The notes beneath the pieces were generated by a model that saw nothing but the letters and a program-made list of their open reading frames with translations, ran no database searches and was not told the origin of the DNA. A DNA stretch of 64,000 nt from Felis catus (lineage: Eukaryota), in assembly GCF_018350175.1 (NCBI RefSeq), contig NC_058373.1:118484001-118548000 (forward strand), read 5' to 3'. A program made the position numbers and the translations under genes. Shown here piece after piece: positions 13,620-26,118 of the stretch; the first letter of the stretch is position 1; the number at the start of each line of letters is the position of its first letter.

Positions 13620-13836
13620 GGGGCGACTGGGTGGCTCACTTGGCTAAGCATCCAACTCTTGATTTTGGCTCAGGTCACAATCTCATGGTTCACAGGTTCG
13701 AGCCCCACATCAGGCTCTGTGTTGACAGCACGGAGCCTGCTTGGGATTCAATCTCTCCCTCTCTCTTTGCCCCTCCCCAGCTCATGAGTGCACACTTACT
13801 TTCTCTCTCTCAAAAATAAATAAACATTAAAAAAAA
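13620..13836 (+). mobile_element. CAN-SINE
   Basis: TSD aaaaattagaga. Confidence 0.9.
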
Positions 13837-14239
13837 TTAGAGATCACTCAAAAAGAGAAAAAAAAAAGACAAAGAACAGAAACATAACTTCACTCGAAGG
13901 AAATACTTAAAGGTTAATGATCATATTTAAAATATTCCACTAGTGATAAAATATGAATTTCAGAGACTAGTTACTCTTTTCTCCCTATCAAATTAGCAAA
14001 TATTTTTAAATGATAACACTGCTGGCAAAGATATATATCTCAAGCTCATACATTGCTAATGGGAATGTAAATTTGTACAACCTTTCTAGAAAGAAATTAT
14101 GCAATGTTTTGCTCTCTTGAGAACCCTTAGAAATGTAAACCTGAACTTGATAATTCTACTTATGGGAATCTATCTTAACAATATAGAAATGTGGATAAAG
14201 ATTATATGTTTAGCAATATAAATGAAGATTTGTTTATAA

Positions 14240-14256
14240 TTTTTTTAATGTTTATT

Positions 14257-14296
<40 letters not shown>

Positions 14297-14767
14297 GGAG
14301 CCTGAGTGGGGGTGGGATGCAGAAAGAGAGAGGGAGACACAGAATCTGAAGGAGGCTCCAGGCTCTAAGCTGTCAGCACAGAGCCCAACACAGGGCTCGA
14401 ACTCATGTGCCGTGAGATCATGACCTAAGCCAAAGTCAGACACCTAACTGACTGAGCCACCAGGTGCCCCAGATTTGTTTATAATAATTGGCAATTAATA
14501 AGCAATCTGAATGTGAAAACTATGGAAACTTGTTGTATAAATGATGATATATCCTTTAATAGAATTTTCTTCAGCAGTTTGAAACTGTTTTCAAATAACT
14601 GTAATGATATTAAAATGCATGTTAAAAAAAAAGCAGGTTCCAAGGGCTCCTGGATGGCTCAGTGGGTTGAGCATTTGACTCTTGATTTCTGCCTTAGGTC
14701 ATGATCCCAGGGTCATGGGATCAAGCCCTGTATAGGGCTCTGTGATGAATGTAGAGCTTGCGTAAGA

Positions 14768-14822
<55 letters not shown>

Positions 14823-14880
14823 CCTCCCTCCCTCCCTCCCTCTACCCCTTACCCCCACTCAAGCACACACTCTCTCTGTA
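14240..14880. mobile_element. Two CAN-SINEs (- 14240-14470; + 14643-14880)
   Basis: TSD agatttgtttataat on the first; long (CT)n in the second. Confidence 0.88.
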
Positions 14881-15596
14881 TATAGAGTAGAACAGAATAA
14901 GCAAGTTCCAAAATTATGTATATAGTAAAAACTTGCATAAGGTAAACACAGAGATAATAAATGTTAATATCATTTAAAAAATAATGAAGGGTCAATATCA
15001 TAGAGACTTTGATTATATTTCACAAGTATCTGGGCTTTCTTGCACAAGTGATATCCTACACTGATTAGGTCCACTAGAGGTGGGGGAAAAGACCTAAAGA
15101 ATAAGAACATTCATTGAAGGAACACATCATTAGTATTACTTGGCTATACAAATAGCCAACTTATCAAATGAAGTCAAAGACCTTCAAGGTATGTTAAACA
15201 AGTCTATAACAAGAAAAAGTTACAGAATTCAATATGATGCAAATATATACCAATCATGTTTAATTTGAGCTAAGGAAAATAATTAGGTGATTTAGTTATT
15301 TTCCACAGAAGTAAGCCCAGCTCTTTTACAAAGCAATGAAAAAGATGAGAAAAGCACAGTAAGAAGTCAAGCCAGCAACCTAATTTCCCAGGACATTAGT
15401 TCTTACTTGGCAAAGTACTGCCCTCAGAACTCTACAGAGAGGAAACACATAAAATTCAAATACCATATAAAAGATGTATACTATACTTTGCTTTTAAGAT
15501 CTCCAAAAAGAAAACAATTAATGCATATTAAAACACAGAAAAAAAGGGCTCAATTTAGAGTTAAATGTTCTTAAAACAAAGAATCGGTTTATCTCA

Positions 15597-15779
15597 GGGA
15601 GCCTGGGTGGGTTGGTCAGCTAAGCGTCCGACTCTTGATTTCGGCTCGGGTCATTGTCTGGAGGTTCCTGGGTTTGAGCCCCTGCATTGGGCTGTGTGCT
15701 GACAGACGGAGCCTGGTTGGGATTCTCTTTCCCTCACTCTCTCCCCTCTCCCTGCTCACTCTCTCTCTCAAAAAAAAAG
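15597..15779 (+). mobile_element. CAN-SINE
   Basis: Head, CT tract and A tail. Confidence 0.88.
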
Positions 15780-16353
15780 AATCAGTGTATCTCAAAAGGC
15801 TAAGTAAATCGCACAAGTTGTAAAAGAACTATATTTTTACTATACTTTAAATGAAAAGGAAAATAGCATGCTATTTCTTTCAACTAGGATTACATAGAAA
15901 ACTTTGATATTAAAAAAAACTTTGATATTAATGATGTTAATTCTTGATTGTGAATTTACCTCGGCTAATTAAAATCCTTATAATTTTTCTCTATGTTTTT
16001 AAACATCACTATAGAACATTTCCTTGAATTTCCATAAAGAATAAGGCCTTAGTATTTGATCATCCCTCAGAAAAAGGCTATATGTTTAATCCAAAAGAAA
16101 TGTCTTCTTTAGATAAAAAGATACTAGGGTAGGTGAGTCAAAGAGGGGAAAGGCAGGGAGAGAGGGAAAAAAGAAGGGGTATAATAGAAACTATTGTTCC
16201 TTTAAGTAACATGTTTAAAAAATCTGACCCTAATTTCCATTAAAAGTCCAGCAGGGAAGCTTGCCTACAACTACAGACACAAGGTTGCCCTGTAAGCAGA
16301 AAAATGATACCTGAACTTCATTTAATGTTCAAGTATAAAGTAACATAAGGATG

Positions 16354-16565
16354 GGGGCGACTGGATGGCTCAGTCGGTTGAGTGTCCGACTTGAGTCAGG
16401 TCATGGTCTTGTGGTTCGTGAGTTCGCGCCCCATGTCAGGGTCTGTGCTGACAGGTCAGAGCCTGGAGCCTGCTTCGGGTTTTGTGTCTCCCTCTCTCTC
16501 TGCCTCTCCCCTGCTCATGTCCTCTTCTTTGTCTCTCAAAAATAAATAAACATTAAAAAAAATAA
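16354..16565 (+). mobile_element. CAN-SINE
   Basis: TSD ataaagtaacataa. Confidence 0.9.
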
Positions 16566-16874
16566 AGTAACATAACAATGAAATCATACAACCATATATT
16601 TAAATCAGTGGGTTCATTTATAACCCATTCTTGCAACTCTAAACTGCTTCCCTCAGCACCATGACCCCAACTGCCACAGCAGACCAAAAGGCCAACAAAC
16701 TACTACTTGGAAGAATTAATAACAAGACAGAATATTTTATTAAACTTTTGTAACAGGAGTGCCTGGCTGGCTCAGTCAGAAGGGCATGCAACTCTTCATC
16801 TCGGGGTCATGAGTCAGAGCCCCACGTTGGGTGTAGAGGTTACAAAACAACAACAACCTTCCCCCTAAAAAAGA

Positions 16875-17965
16875 AAATATTTGCAAATCACTTATCTAAT
16901 AAGGACTTATACCCAGAATGTATATTTTTTACAACTCAAACTCAATAATAAAAGGCAAATAACCCCATTTTTTAAATGGTCAAGGGATCCTAAAAAACAT
17001 TTCTCCAAAGATAAACAAATATCTAATAAACCCATGAAAAAATTCTCATCATTAGCCATCAGGGAAGTTGAAAACAATACCACAGTGAGTTATCACTTCA
17101 CATCTACTAGGATGGCTATAATAAAAAACAGAAGTAAAAAAAGTGTTGGTGAGGATATGGAGAAACTGAAATATTCATTTCCCACTGTCAGCAAAAATAT
17201 AAAATGGTATAGCTGCTTTAGAAAACTGAGTTACCATATAACCCAGCAATTCTACTACTAGATATATTATCAAAGAAAAATGAAAACACATGTTCATACA
17301 AAAACTTATACAGGAATGTTCACAGCAGCTTTATTTGAAGACAAAACTGGAAACAATTCAATATCACAAGAGAATAGATTTTTTAAATTGTGATATAACC
17401 ATATATTGGAATACTACTCAGCAATAAAAAGGAATAAATTCTTGATGCACAAAATAACATGGATAAATCTCAAATAAATTAGGTAGAGTGAAAGAAGCCA
17501 GACCTATCAAAAAAGCACACACCATACAATTCTCTTTGCATAAAATTCTAGAAAATGAAAACTAATCTATGATGACAGCAGATTAGTGGTTACCTCTGTG
17601 GGTAGAAAAGGAGAGATAGATTACAAAGAGGCACAAGGAAACTTTTAGAGTGGTTAAGTATTGTCCTTATCTTTTTTTTTTTTTTTTTTACTTATTTTGA
17701 GAGAGAGAGAGTGCGCACACACAAGCAGGGAAGGGCAGAAAAAGAGACAGAATCCCAAGCAGTCTCCACACTCAGCACAGAGCCCAATGCAGGGCTCAAA
17801 CCCACGAACCATGAAATCATGACCTGAGCAGAACCCAAACATCAGACACTTAACCGACTGAGCCACCCAGGCGCCCCAAACGTTCCTTATCTTGATTGTG
17901 GTGGATAAATAGGTAAAAACTCATCAAACTGTATAAACATGTGCAATTTCCTTGTAGTCGATTAT
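16875..17965 (+). mobile_element. Old L1M (L1MB/MC-like) 3' fragment with a SINE insertion
   Basis: Degenerate ORF2 peptide (KHFSK..Q.SNKPMKK.SSLAIRE..TT..YHFT.TRMA) followed by 3'UTR. Confidence 0.85.
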
Positions 17966-18695
17966 GTCTGAATATATCTGTCCAAAAAAAAGAAAGACAA
18001 AAAAAAGAATGTATTTGCCATGTTAGGGGTAACAGAAGTATACTAGTGTTTCTGAAATGGCACATTTGGGTAAGTAAAAGGTAGAAAAAGTAGGCTGAGA
18101 GCTTTTAAGGATGAACCTTTTAAAAGTTAAAATAGTAACTGATCTCTATATGATAATAGCTGAATATATTCAACATCCACTGACAGAGCAAATAGTCAAC
18201 CAAAACTACTATGAATTCAGTCTAGCCTTCAAAATAAAAAATTTAGTTCATCTCAACATTTATACATATGATGTATATGTATAAATGTATAATACATGTA
18301 ATATGTATATATGTATGAAAGTAATAAGTTCTAAAAATACATGTTTTAGCTATACATATATTTTTAGAACTTATTACTTTTGTCTATGATAATATTTGAT
18401 GAGAAAATGGATTAACTGTAGAAAACATCCACTCCAACTCAAAGAGTTGCAGGTAACAAATTGAGAACTGCTAACAACGATATTCAATGCCAGGGAGACC
18501 CAATACTTAAATATTAGCTTAAATAAAATACAAGTCAAGTCTAATGAAAAATGTGTCTAATCGGTTCCATAGCTATACTTCATAACCCAAAAGAATTTAG
18601 GGATTAGTTATCACACTGCCAATCTGGGTGGAAGTAATTAAGAATTTACTGTGACTTAAAGGCAAAAAATATAGTTGAATTAAAAGAGAGATTCA

Positions 18696-19190
18696 GGGGC
18701 GCCTGGGTGGCTCGGTCGGTTAAGCATCCCACTTCAGCTCAGGTCATGATCTCATGGTCCGTGAGTTCGAGCCCCGCGTCGGGCTCTGTGCTGACCGCTC
18801 AGAGCCTGGAGCCTGTTTCAGATTCTGTGTCTCCCTCTCTCTCTGCCCCTCCCCTGTTCATGCTCTGTCTCTGTCTCAAACATAAATAAACGTTAAAATT
18901 TAAAAAAAAAAAAAAAGAGAGAGAGATTCAAGTTATTCCACAGATAGGACTAAAAATAAGACAACTGGAGTGCCCGGGCGGCTCAGTTGGTTAAGCGTCT
19001 GACTTCGGCTCAGGTCATGATCTCACCGTTAGTGAGTCTGAGCTCTGCATAGGACTCTGTGCTGACAGCTCAGAGCTTGGAGCCTGCTTCAGATTCTGTG
19101 TCTCCCTCTCTCTCTGCCTCTCCCCCACTCATACTCTGTCTCTCAAAAATTAATGAACATTAAAAAAATTTTTAATAAAATTTTAAAAAA
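18696..19190 (+). mobile_element. Two CAN-SINEs
   Basis: TSD agagagattca on the first; second head at 18967. Confidence 0.92.
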
Positions 19191-21426
19191 TTATGTACAC
19201 TAATTAAACTTAAGGCAAAGTCCATTACATCATGAATGTTATAGAAATTACACACCTGCTTTCATCAGAGGTAATTTAAGAAATATAGCTTTTAACAGCT
19301 TTCTACAGATACAGATTTTTCTTTCACCTTTGACCAAATCCTTAACAAAGGAAGCTACTTAAATAGTAAAGAAGACTGTATTAACTGTAGGGGAGGATAA
19401 CTAATTCCTTCTAACTGGCATTTAAAACTAACTTAGAACCATTCAATCTATAATGTTTAATAGTTTTTCTTGAAGTAGGGTTAAGGGTTCCCACTGCTAA
19501 CAAAAGCATACAAAAACTCATACAACAATACATATTTGGAAGAGGATCAGGTAATATGCTAGAGCCCATGACCACACAGTAAAATATGAGCCTCATTTGC
19601 CCCATGTTTTAGTCTAACTACCAAACTAAACCAACCACATAAACAAACTAAGATGGTAAATGTTTAAAGCACATATAAAAATTTTAAGTAAATTCTGGTT
19701 TTCCTAACTGCCAAATTGTTTATACTCACACTATTTGGAATATTAGCCCTTCTAAACAGAGAAGTCAACAAAAGGCTTAGTACTGTTATAATTATTAATA
19801 ATGAACATCACCATGTGTTGACTGCCCACTATTGGCAAGGCACTAAACAAAATGATTTTCATTTAATTCTCATTATCAGGCTGATAAAGAAGCTATTATA
19901 AGCTCCATTTTATGGATGACAAAACCGAGGCTAAGGGAGCTTCAATAAAATGACAAATTAGTAAATAATAGAGCCAGGAATCAAAAACATGGTCATATAA
20001 TTCTAAAACCTGGATTGTGTCCATTCTATCATGCTTCCTCAGAACATAATGCCTTTTTCAATTTCATAATATAGTAGTTACAAATATCCTTCTGTCATCA
20101 TCAGGGTATTCTATGGTTCCGTAAGATTCTTTGAAAAAAAAATTATATTGATTAAAGAATACGGGGAGCAAAAATTCCTTATAACAAAGTTGGTTATATT
20201 AAAAATATTTAAATAAACCTTCATAAATCATGCAAAGCAGCACAACATGACACAACTAAAAAGCACCGAAGGTATACTTGTACACGATTGACCAGGACAA
20301 AGCATCACTAACTTTTACTTCTCTAAGGTCAAAGATAGCCAAGGTCAATCTTAAGTAAGTTACAAATTTTGCTTTTCTCAGTGTTGCTAGCTTCCCTGAC
20401 TTTCCCTTTATTCAGGAGCCAAATAGTGTTCTACAGCTTTCAATCCCTCTTGCTCCCTAAATAACTCAACTTTGGTGGTGAGAGAAGGGGAAGTCACTGA
20501 ACATTAATTATTAACACACTAGCTCCTTGGTTAACCCATTTAAGATGGCTGGGGGTCTCTTCCTACTGCTTAATCCCAGACTCCACCAGAGAAAGACAAA
20601 TGGTATGACTTGCCCTAGTTACGACTGCTAGGGACCTATTCCCAAGAGTTGCAGAAGCAGAGACAAGTGTCCAGCCTTCTAAATCCACATGGTACTGCCC
20701 AGGCTCCCATCCTCTAGGACTAGCAATTCTCAGTCTATTCACTTGCATTCTGACCTGCTTTTCTGAGTGGAAGATAACAAAGGAAGAGTTATAGCAGGCA
20801 GTGGAAACTGCACAGTACAAAAAATATGTCCATGGGAGAATGCTGCAAATAGGATCATCCTCCTTTACATATGTCACTCTAGGAAAACTGCCAAGAGGGG
20901 CTCACTACTCTAGACATACTTCCTACAGATCCTCCAGACTCCTCCTTAAACACATGTCAGTGTTCTCCTCGTTCTCCCTTAGTTTCAATCCTCCTTTTGC
21001 TCTAAGATTTCCAAGTGTGTATTTTATATTCTCAAAAATATATAAGCAGTATCATGAGGACATCCTATTTATCAGAACCTGTGGCTCAGATCTGAACAAA
21101 CATCCTAAGGTTTGATACAGTACTTGTAACTTTAATAATGAAAATCCCAATAGGTTATATGACTGAAACAAATCTTCTTGGCAAATAATTTATCATCATG
21201 TCAAGATAAAAAAAATTAGATAGCAAATTTATTTTTTAATATTTAAGGAGTACAATTGTTTCCTTTCTCCCTAGCCCTATCAAGGAAACATGTATCAGAA
21301 TTCGGAAACTGGAATTCAGAATTCAAGAGTCATTCTGTGGAAATCACAATCTATCAAACATAATAGATATGTTTTGGCAAGCTAAAAATAAAATGCAGGT
21401 TTTCAAGTACTCTACTAAATAAACAA

Positions 21427-21640
21427 GGGGCGCCTGGGTGGCTCAGTCGGTTAAGTGTCCAACTCATGGTTTTCGGCTCAGGTCATCATCTCACAGTGTG
21501 TTAGAGCCACGCACTGGGCTCTGCGCGGACAGTGTGGAGACTGCTTGGGATTCTGTCTTCCTCTCTCTCTCTGCCCCTCCCCTGCTGGCTCTCCCTCTCT
21601 CTAAAAAAAATAATAAACTTAAAAAAAAAAAAAAACAACA
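21427..21640 (+). mobile_element. CAN-SINE
   Basis: Head ggggcgcctgggtggctcagtcggttaag and A tail. Confidence 0.9.
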
Positions 21641-23019
21641 CCTTTTTTTTAAGGTGGTAACTTTCCCAAGGGATCTTTTCTGATAAAAGTAATTCTCTCA
21701 GCAAACTGAAAACCAGACATAGGTTTCTGTACCTTTACACTACTAAATTCTCGGGCACCAACATTTCCATCAAGGTTTATTATATGGGTAGTTGAAGGCC
21801 AGCAGCAGAGAGAGCAGATCAGAAGCTATTTATAAAAGAAGATAAAATGCTACTGAAATAGAAAATAAACTTAATTAACTAGTGTTAATTGAACTTCTTT
21901 TCTAAATCATTTACTTGAATTTTCTTTGATATGTGAAATTAAGTCTCACCAAATTGTAGTCAGGAACACAGTTTCTTTGGGACTTAGAAACCACCATTCA
22001 TTCAACTACAGATTACTAAATCTCACTATAAAATGAGTTGAGCAATCAGAGCTATTCATAGGTAAGTGTGATTAGATTATGGATGAATAATAAGTCAACT
22101 GAATAAAGTCCATTTATTAAAAAGCAAGTAATCAAATTGGTCAATGTTCACAATTACAAACAGTGAACTTTTATATTTTTCCCCCACATTCAATTAAGGT
22201 TTTACATTCCTCCATCAATTAGCAAAGAATTGAATGATCTATACAAATGTGTCCACCAACTGCACAATGACTTAAAGAACAACCACTGTGGTGGCAGGGA
22301 TCCTCCATTTAATGCAATGCAAGGAATTCAAAAGCTTTCATCCTTGGAACCTTTGTTACAAAAATCAGTAAATTTCTTTTGTGAAAAGACTGCTTATTTT
22401 TTTCAGTTCAAAAGTATAATGATTATATGTTTTGTAGGCTTCCAAACAAAAATAAAAATTTTAATGAAATATAAAAATCTGAGAACAATTATTTTTGAGA
22501 GAAAAAATTATGTAAAAATCCTAATGCAAAGCTACACCAAGAGTTTCTTCACAATTTCATAAAACATTAATGAAAGGGCCACATAAATCCCTTAAAGATT
22601 TTAAAGAGAGCTGCAAGAATCTCTAAGTTTTCAATACTTTCTCTGTTCCTGTAGCCACAAAAATTAATATAATCGTCTCTTCCTAAATATAAACCATCTA
22701 GGTTTTTACAGAAGAAAAAGGAAACCAAGAACAGCACAGAAAATACACATATTCTTAATATAGCTGTAAAAAGGTACTGTAGATTGTATTTAGGTCCCCA
22801 AACAAGTTAAGTTTACAACATGTACCACATCCAGTTCACTCTCAAGGGAGAAAATCATCAAAACAAAGGCTCCTGCTTAATAAACTATTTGCTTTGTAGT
22901 TAAGCCTCTATCCCAGGTGCATTTTACTGTGAATTATTATCACTTTCTTCTCTCTTCAAAAGCCTAGAAATCTAAAATACACAAGTATATCTGATTCCCT
23001 TAAAAATGCTTTCATATTA

Positions 23020-23180
23020 GGGGCTCCTGGATGGCTCAGTTAAGCTCTGGTCATGATCAATCCCAGGGTCCCATAGGGCTCCACACTGACAGCAGGGAGT
23101 CTGCTTGGGATTCTCTCTCTCCCCATCCCCTGCTCACGGGTACAATCTCTCTCTCTCAAAATAAAATAAACTTAAAAAAA
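23020..23180 (+). mobile_element. Degenerate CAN-SINE
   Basis: TSD aaaaatgcttt.atat. Confidence 0.8.
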
Positions 23181-24039
23181 ATGCTTTTATATGTTTTGTA
23201 TTAGTGTAAGGCCATGAGAAGTCTTATATTACTTTCACTCTCTTTTAAAAAGGAAACACTCCTTTGCTTTTCTTCTTTGAAATGTGTCTTACTTGGTTTT
23301 TACTTATTTTCTATACATGAACTGTTCTCAAACCAGTCCATTTCAGCGTTAGTTGTTTACTGCCAATATGTCTGTGCATACTTAGGTTTTTTACAGACAA
23401 TGGGTTACCATACCGTGGTATAAAAAGAAAGGTAAACAAGAGGGCACAAGTGAAACACCACTCAATTTCATTTCTCTGACTCAAATTTCCTTAAGTCCTC
23501 ATGCCAAAGATTCTCAATATCTAAAAAGAGGCACAACGCAGTAGGTGATCAGGCAAACATAGGAGAAACCAAATTGGAGGCTAAAGAAATTAAATAGAAC
23601 GTACGACCACCTGAGACAGAATTACCAGAAAAATAAAAATAAATAATAAACTCAGCCCCTAGAAGGCCCTACTGAAGGGCTACTTTTGCTGCACTGCATG
23701 GCTCAAAACAGTTTTTCAAACTCCTTTGACTATAAGAAACAGATTTTACATTGTGACCTAGTACACACACAAGAAAATTTTCCCAAAACAACATTTTTCT
23801 TCACCAAATGCAATGCCAGTCAATTCTGTTCTATTTCATTTTATTTTCAATGCTGGTGGTAACCCACTAAACTGATTTTATAAATTACTAATAAATCACA
23901 ATCCACAGTTTGAGAAACATAGGGCTTAATAGAGGATATCCCTTATATTTGGATCATTTCTGCAATCTGCCTCTACTTGTCGTTAGCAGGGTAGACAGTT
24001 TGAGAAGTTTAAACATTATTACTGTTTTCATTGAAGTAA

Positions 24040-24198
24040 GTGGCTTTTAAAGTGGGATCCTCTGACCATCACCTGAGATAAATGCAAATTCTCAGGACCC
24101 ACCCCAGATGTACTGAATCAGAAACTCTGGCCAGCAGTCTGTATTTTACCAAGCCCTCCAGGTGATTCTGGTGCAAGCTAAAGTTTGAGAATCACAGC
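24040..24198. mobile_element. MER5A-like hAT DNA transposon relic
   Basis: aaatgcaaattctcagg..tactgaatcagaaactctgg..aagccctccaggtgattctg..aagtttgagaa. Confidence 0.75.
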
Positions 24199-25637
24199 AT
24201 TAAAAAAACTCGGGTCTTTATCCTCATTTAACAATCTAGTCAGTAAGTACCCACTGCTTACTCGATGCCAGTCACTATTCTAAAAGTTCTACAAATATTA
24301 ACCCATGTGAAAAAACAACCCTATGAAATAGGGACTATTATTATCACTATCGTACAGATTAGGAAATTTGCACAGAGAGGTTAAATTATCCAAGCTAAGT
24401 GGTGGAATTTATTTTAAATTTGGCCAGAGTATGTCTATCCTTTCATGACTCCCCTCTTTCTGATCACGTCCCCAGTCCTTCCTACTCCCTTAGTTTCAGC
24501 TACTCCTCACCTCCCCTTTTTCCTTTCAAATTCCCCATCCTGTCAATGTCCTCATTTTCTAATATCATTGGTGTCATCCTAAAACAAAATTTTTTTTCTA
24601 AGCCACTAGAATGCAAGTCACTTAACCCTGCTTTTAGGATGCTCTTCTCTTCCACCTTAGTATTATGAAGCCGAAGTTTCTTCTATGTCTGAAGTCCTTA
24701 GAATCTACTAATAACTACACTGTAAATTTCTCATATCTGCTGTTACGGCCAATTTCCACAAGACCACCACTCTCTTCCAGAGCAACTTTCTCCTACTGCG
24801 TCCTATCTACGCCCTATCTACTTCGCGCTTCCTACAAGGAAATTATTTCTCCCCGCCCACCCCTGTGTCATTTTGCGTGACTACTCTCCAACTGAGAGAA
24901 CTTCCACTCCCCGGTAGACCCCCTCACCCCAGTCTCAAATCCGAACTACTGCTCCAGGTCCCATGGTCCCCCGCGGATTCTCAGACCCAGGAGCTCCCAG
25001 TCCAGCCTTGGGTCTCCCATCCCAGACAAGCGGTGGGGGCTGGGAGCTCCTGTTCCTCCCCAGCTGTTCAAGGTCTCCACAGGTCCCACCCTCCTAAGAC
25101 CCGCTTCTCCTAGACTCCCCCGGAGTCCTCCACCCTCGGACAGCCGCCTTTCTCAGGAGAGTCCCCAACCCCCTCTCTGCCTTTCCTCGACGCCCCTCGC
25201 TCAGACCCAGGCCGCTCACTGTCACCCCGGACCCCGGCCGCCCTCGGTGTCTCTTCTCCCTCGGACCCGGGCCACTCCCAGTTTCCCGGCCCCCCAGCTC
25301 CCTCCGCTCGGGCCGCTCCTGGGTTTCCCGGGTTCCTCTGCTCTCTTCCCTCGCACCCCAGCTGTCCTGGGTGTGTATCCCCGAGTCACCCGGTCCTTGG
25401 ACCAGGTTGTTGCCGGTCACCCCGGGTCATCCCCCCTCTCCGGGACCCCGTCCGCTCCCGTCTCCTCAGGGAACTTACCGCTCACACACCGGCCGCCGGT
25501 CAGCGCCCAAGCAGCGGGACGTCCCAAGGGACCTCCCGGCACGAACCGCTTGGGTCTGCCCCCAGCCTATGTTGCCAACGCGAACTCCGCCGCCGAGAAC
25601 CGGGCCATTCTCCCACCAGCCCAGTCGGAGCGAACTC

Positions 25638-25664
25638 GCCGCAGCCGCCGCCGCCGCCGCCGCC
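25638..25664. repeat. GCC GCA (GCC)7 trinucleotide repeat in the CpG island
   Basis: Seen directly. Confidence 0.9.
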
Positions 25665-25791
25665 CTGGCCCCGGCCCGACCCGGCCCACAGTCCAGGCCC
25701 CCTTCCTCCGGCCTCCGCCTCCGGAGCTCCGCGCTGGAGTTTCCGCCCCGCGACGGCCCCCAGACCTCAGGCCCGCGCTACCGGCACTCAC

Positions 25792-25900
25792 CTGCCGCTG
25801 CCCCCAACCAACTCCAGCGCCACTGCCTTTACCTCGGCCGCCAGTAGCCATCAAGCGCCACCACCTCCCCCATGACAACAGGCCCACCCCGTTTCATAGT
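25792..25900 (-). other. NUMB: Non-coding first exon of a minus-strand gene, probably NUMB (5' end approximate)
   Basis: Consensus donor CAG|gtgagt at 25791, inside a CpG island and just downstream of CCAAT/GC boxes. Gene identity comes from synteny with HEATR4/RIOX1 and recalled 5'UTR sequence; no NUMB coding exon is in the window. Confidence 0.72.
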
Positions 25901-25912
25901 TCTTACCTCTCC

Positions 25913-26118
25913 ATTGGATAGTGGGGCGGCGGCTCTCTATTCTGATTGGTTTCACTTACCCGTCTGTCATAGCTTCCTCACCGCCCCTTTTCCTGGACCC
26001 GGTATTAGCCCCCTCCCGGACTCACAGCGCCCTGGACCAAGCTTTAGTTGTAATTGGTTGATGGTAGGGCAGTTCGAAGTTATGATAGGCTACCGAAAAT
26101 GTCTGTTAAGTCAATTGG
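25913..26118 (-). promoter_or_regulatory. TATA-less promoter with four CCAAT (NF-Y) boxes and a GC box
   Basis: ATTGG at 25913, 25945, 26053 and 26114 (CCAAT on the minus strand; the first two are 32 bp apart); GGGCGG at 25924. Confidence 0.7.

Larger units (their letters stand above)
1..25791 (-). other. NUMB: Large first intron of the probable NUMB gene
   Basis: No credible exon seen. The + strand is A-rich and most L1 fragments lie on +, i.e. antisense to a minus-strand transcript. Confidence 0.6.
24900..26060. promoter_or_regulatory. CpG island at the probable NUMB promoter and first exon(s)
   Basis: Abrupt GC- and CpG-rich segment in an otherwise AT-rich, CpG-depleted background. Confidence 0.92.
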
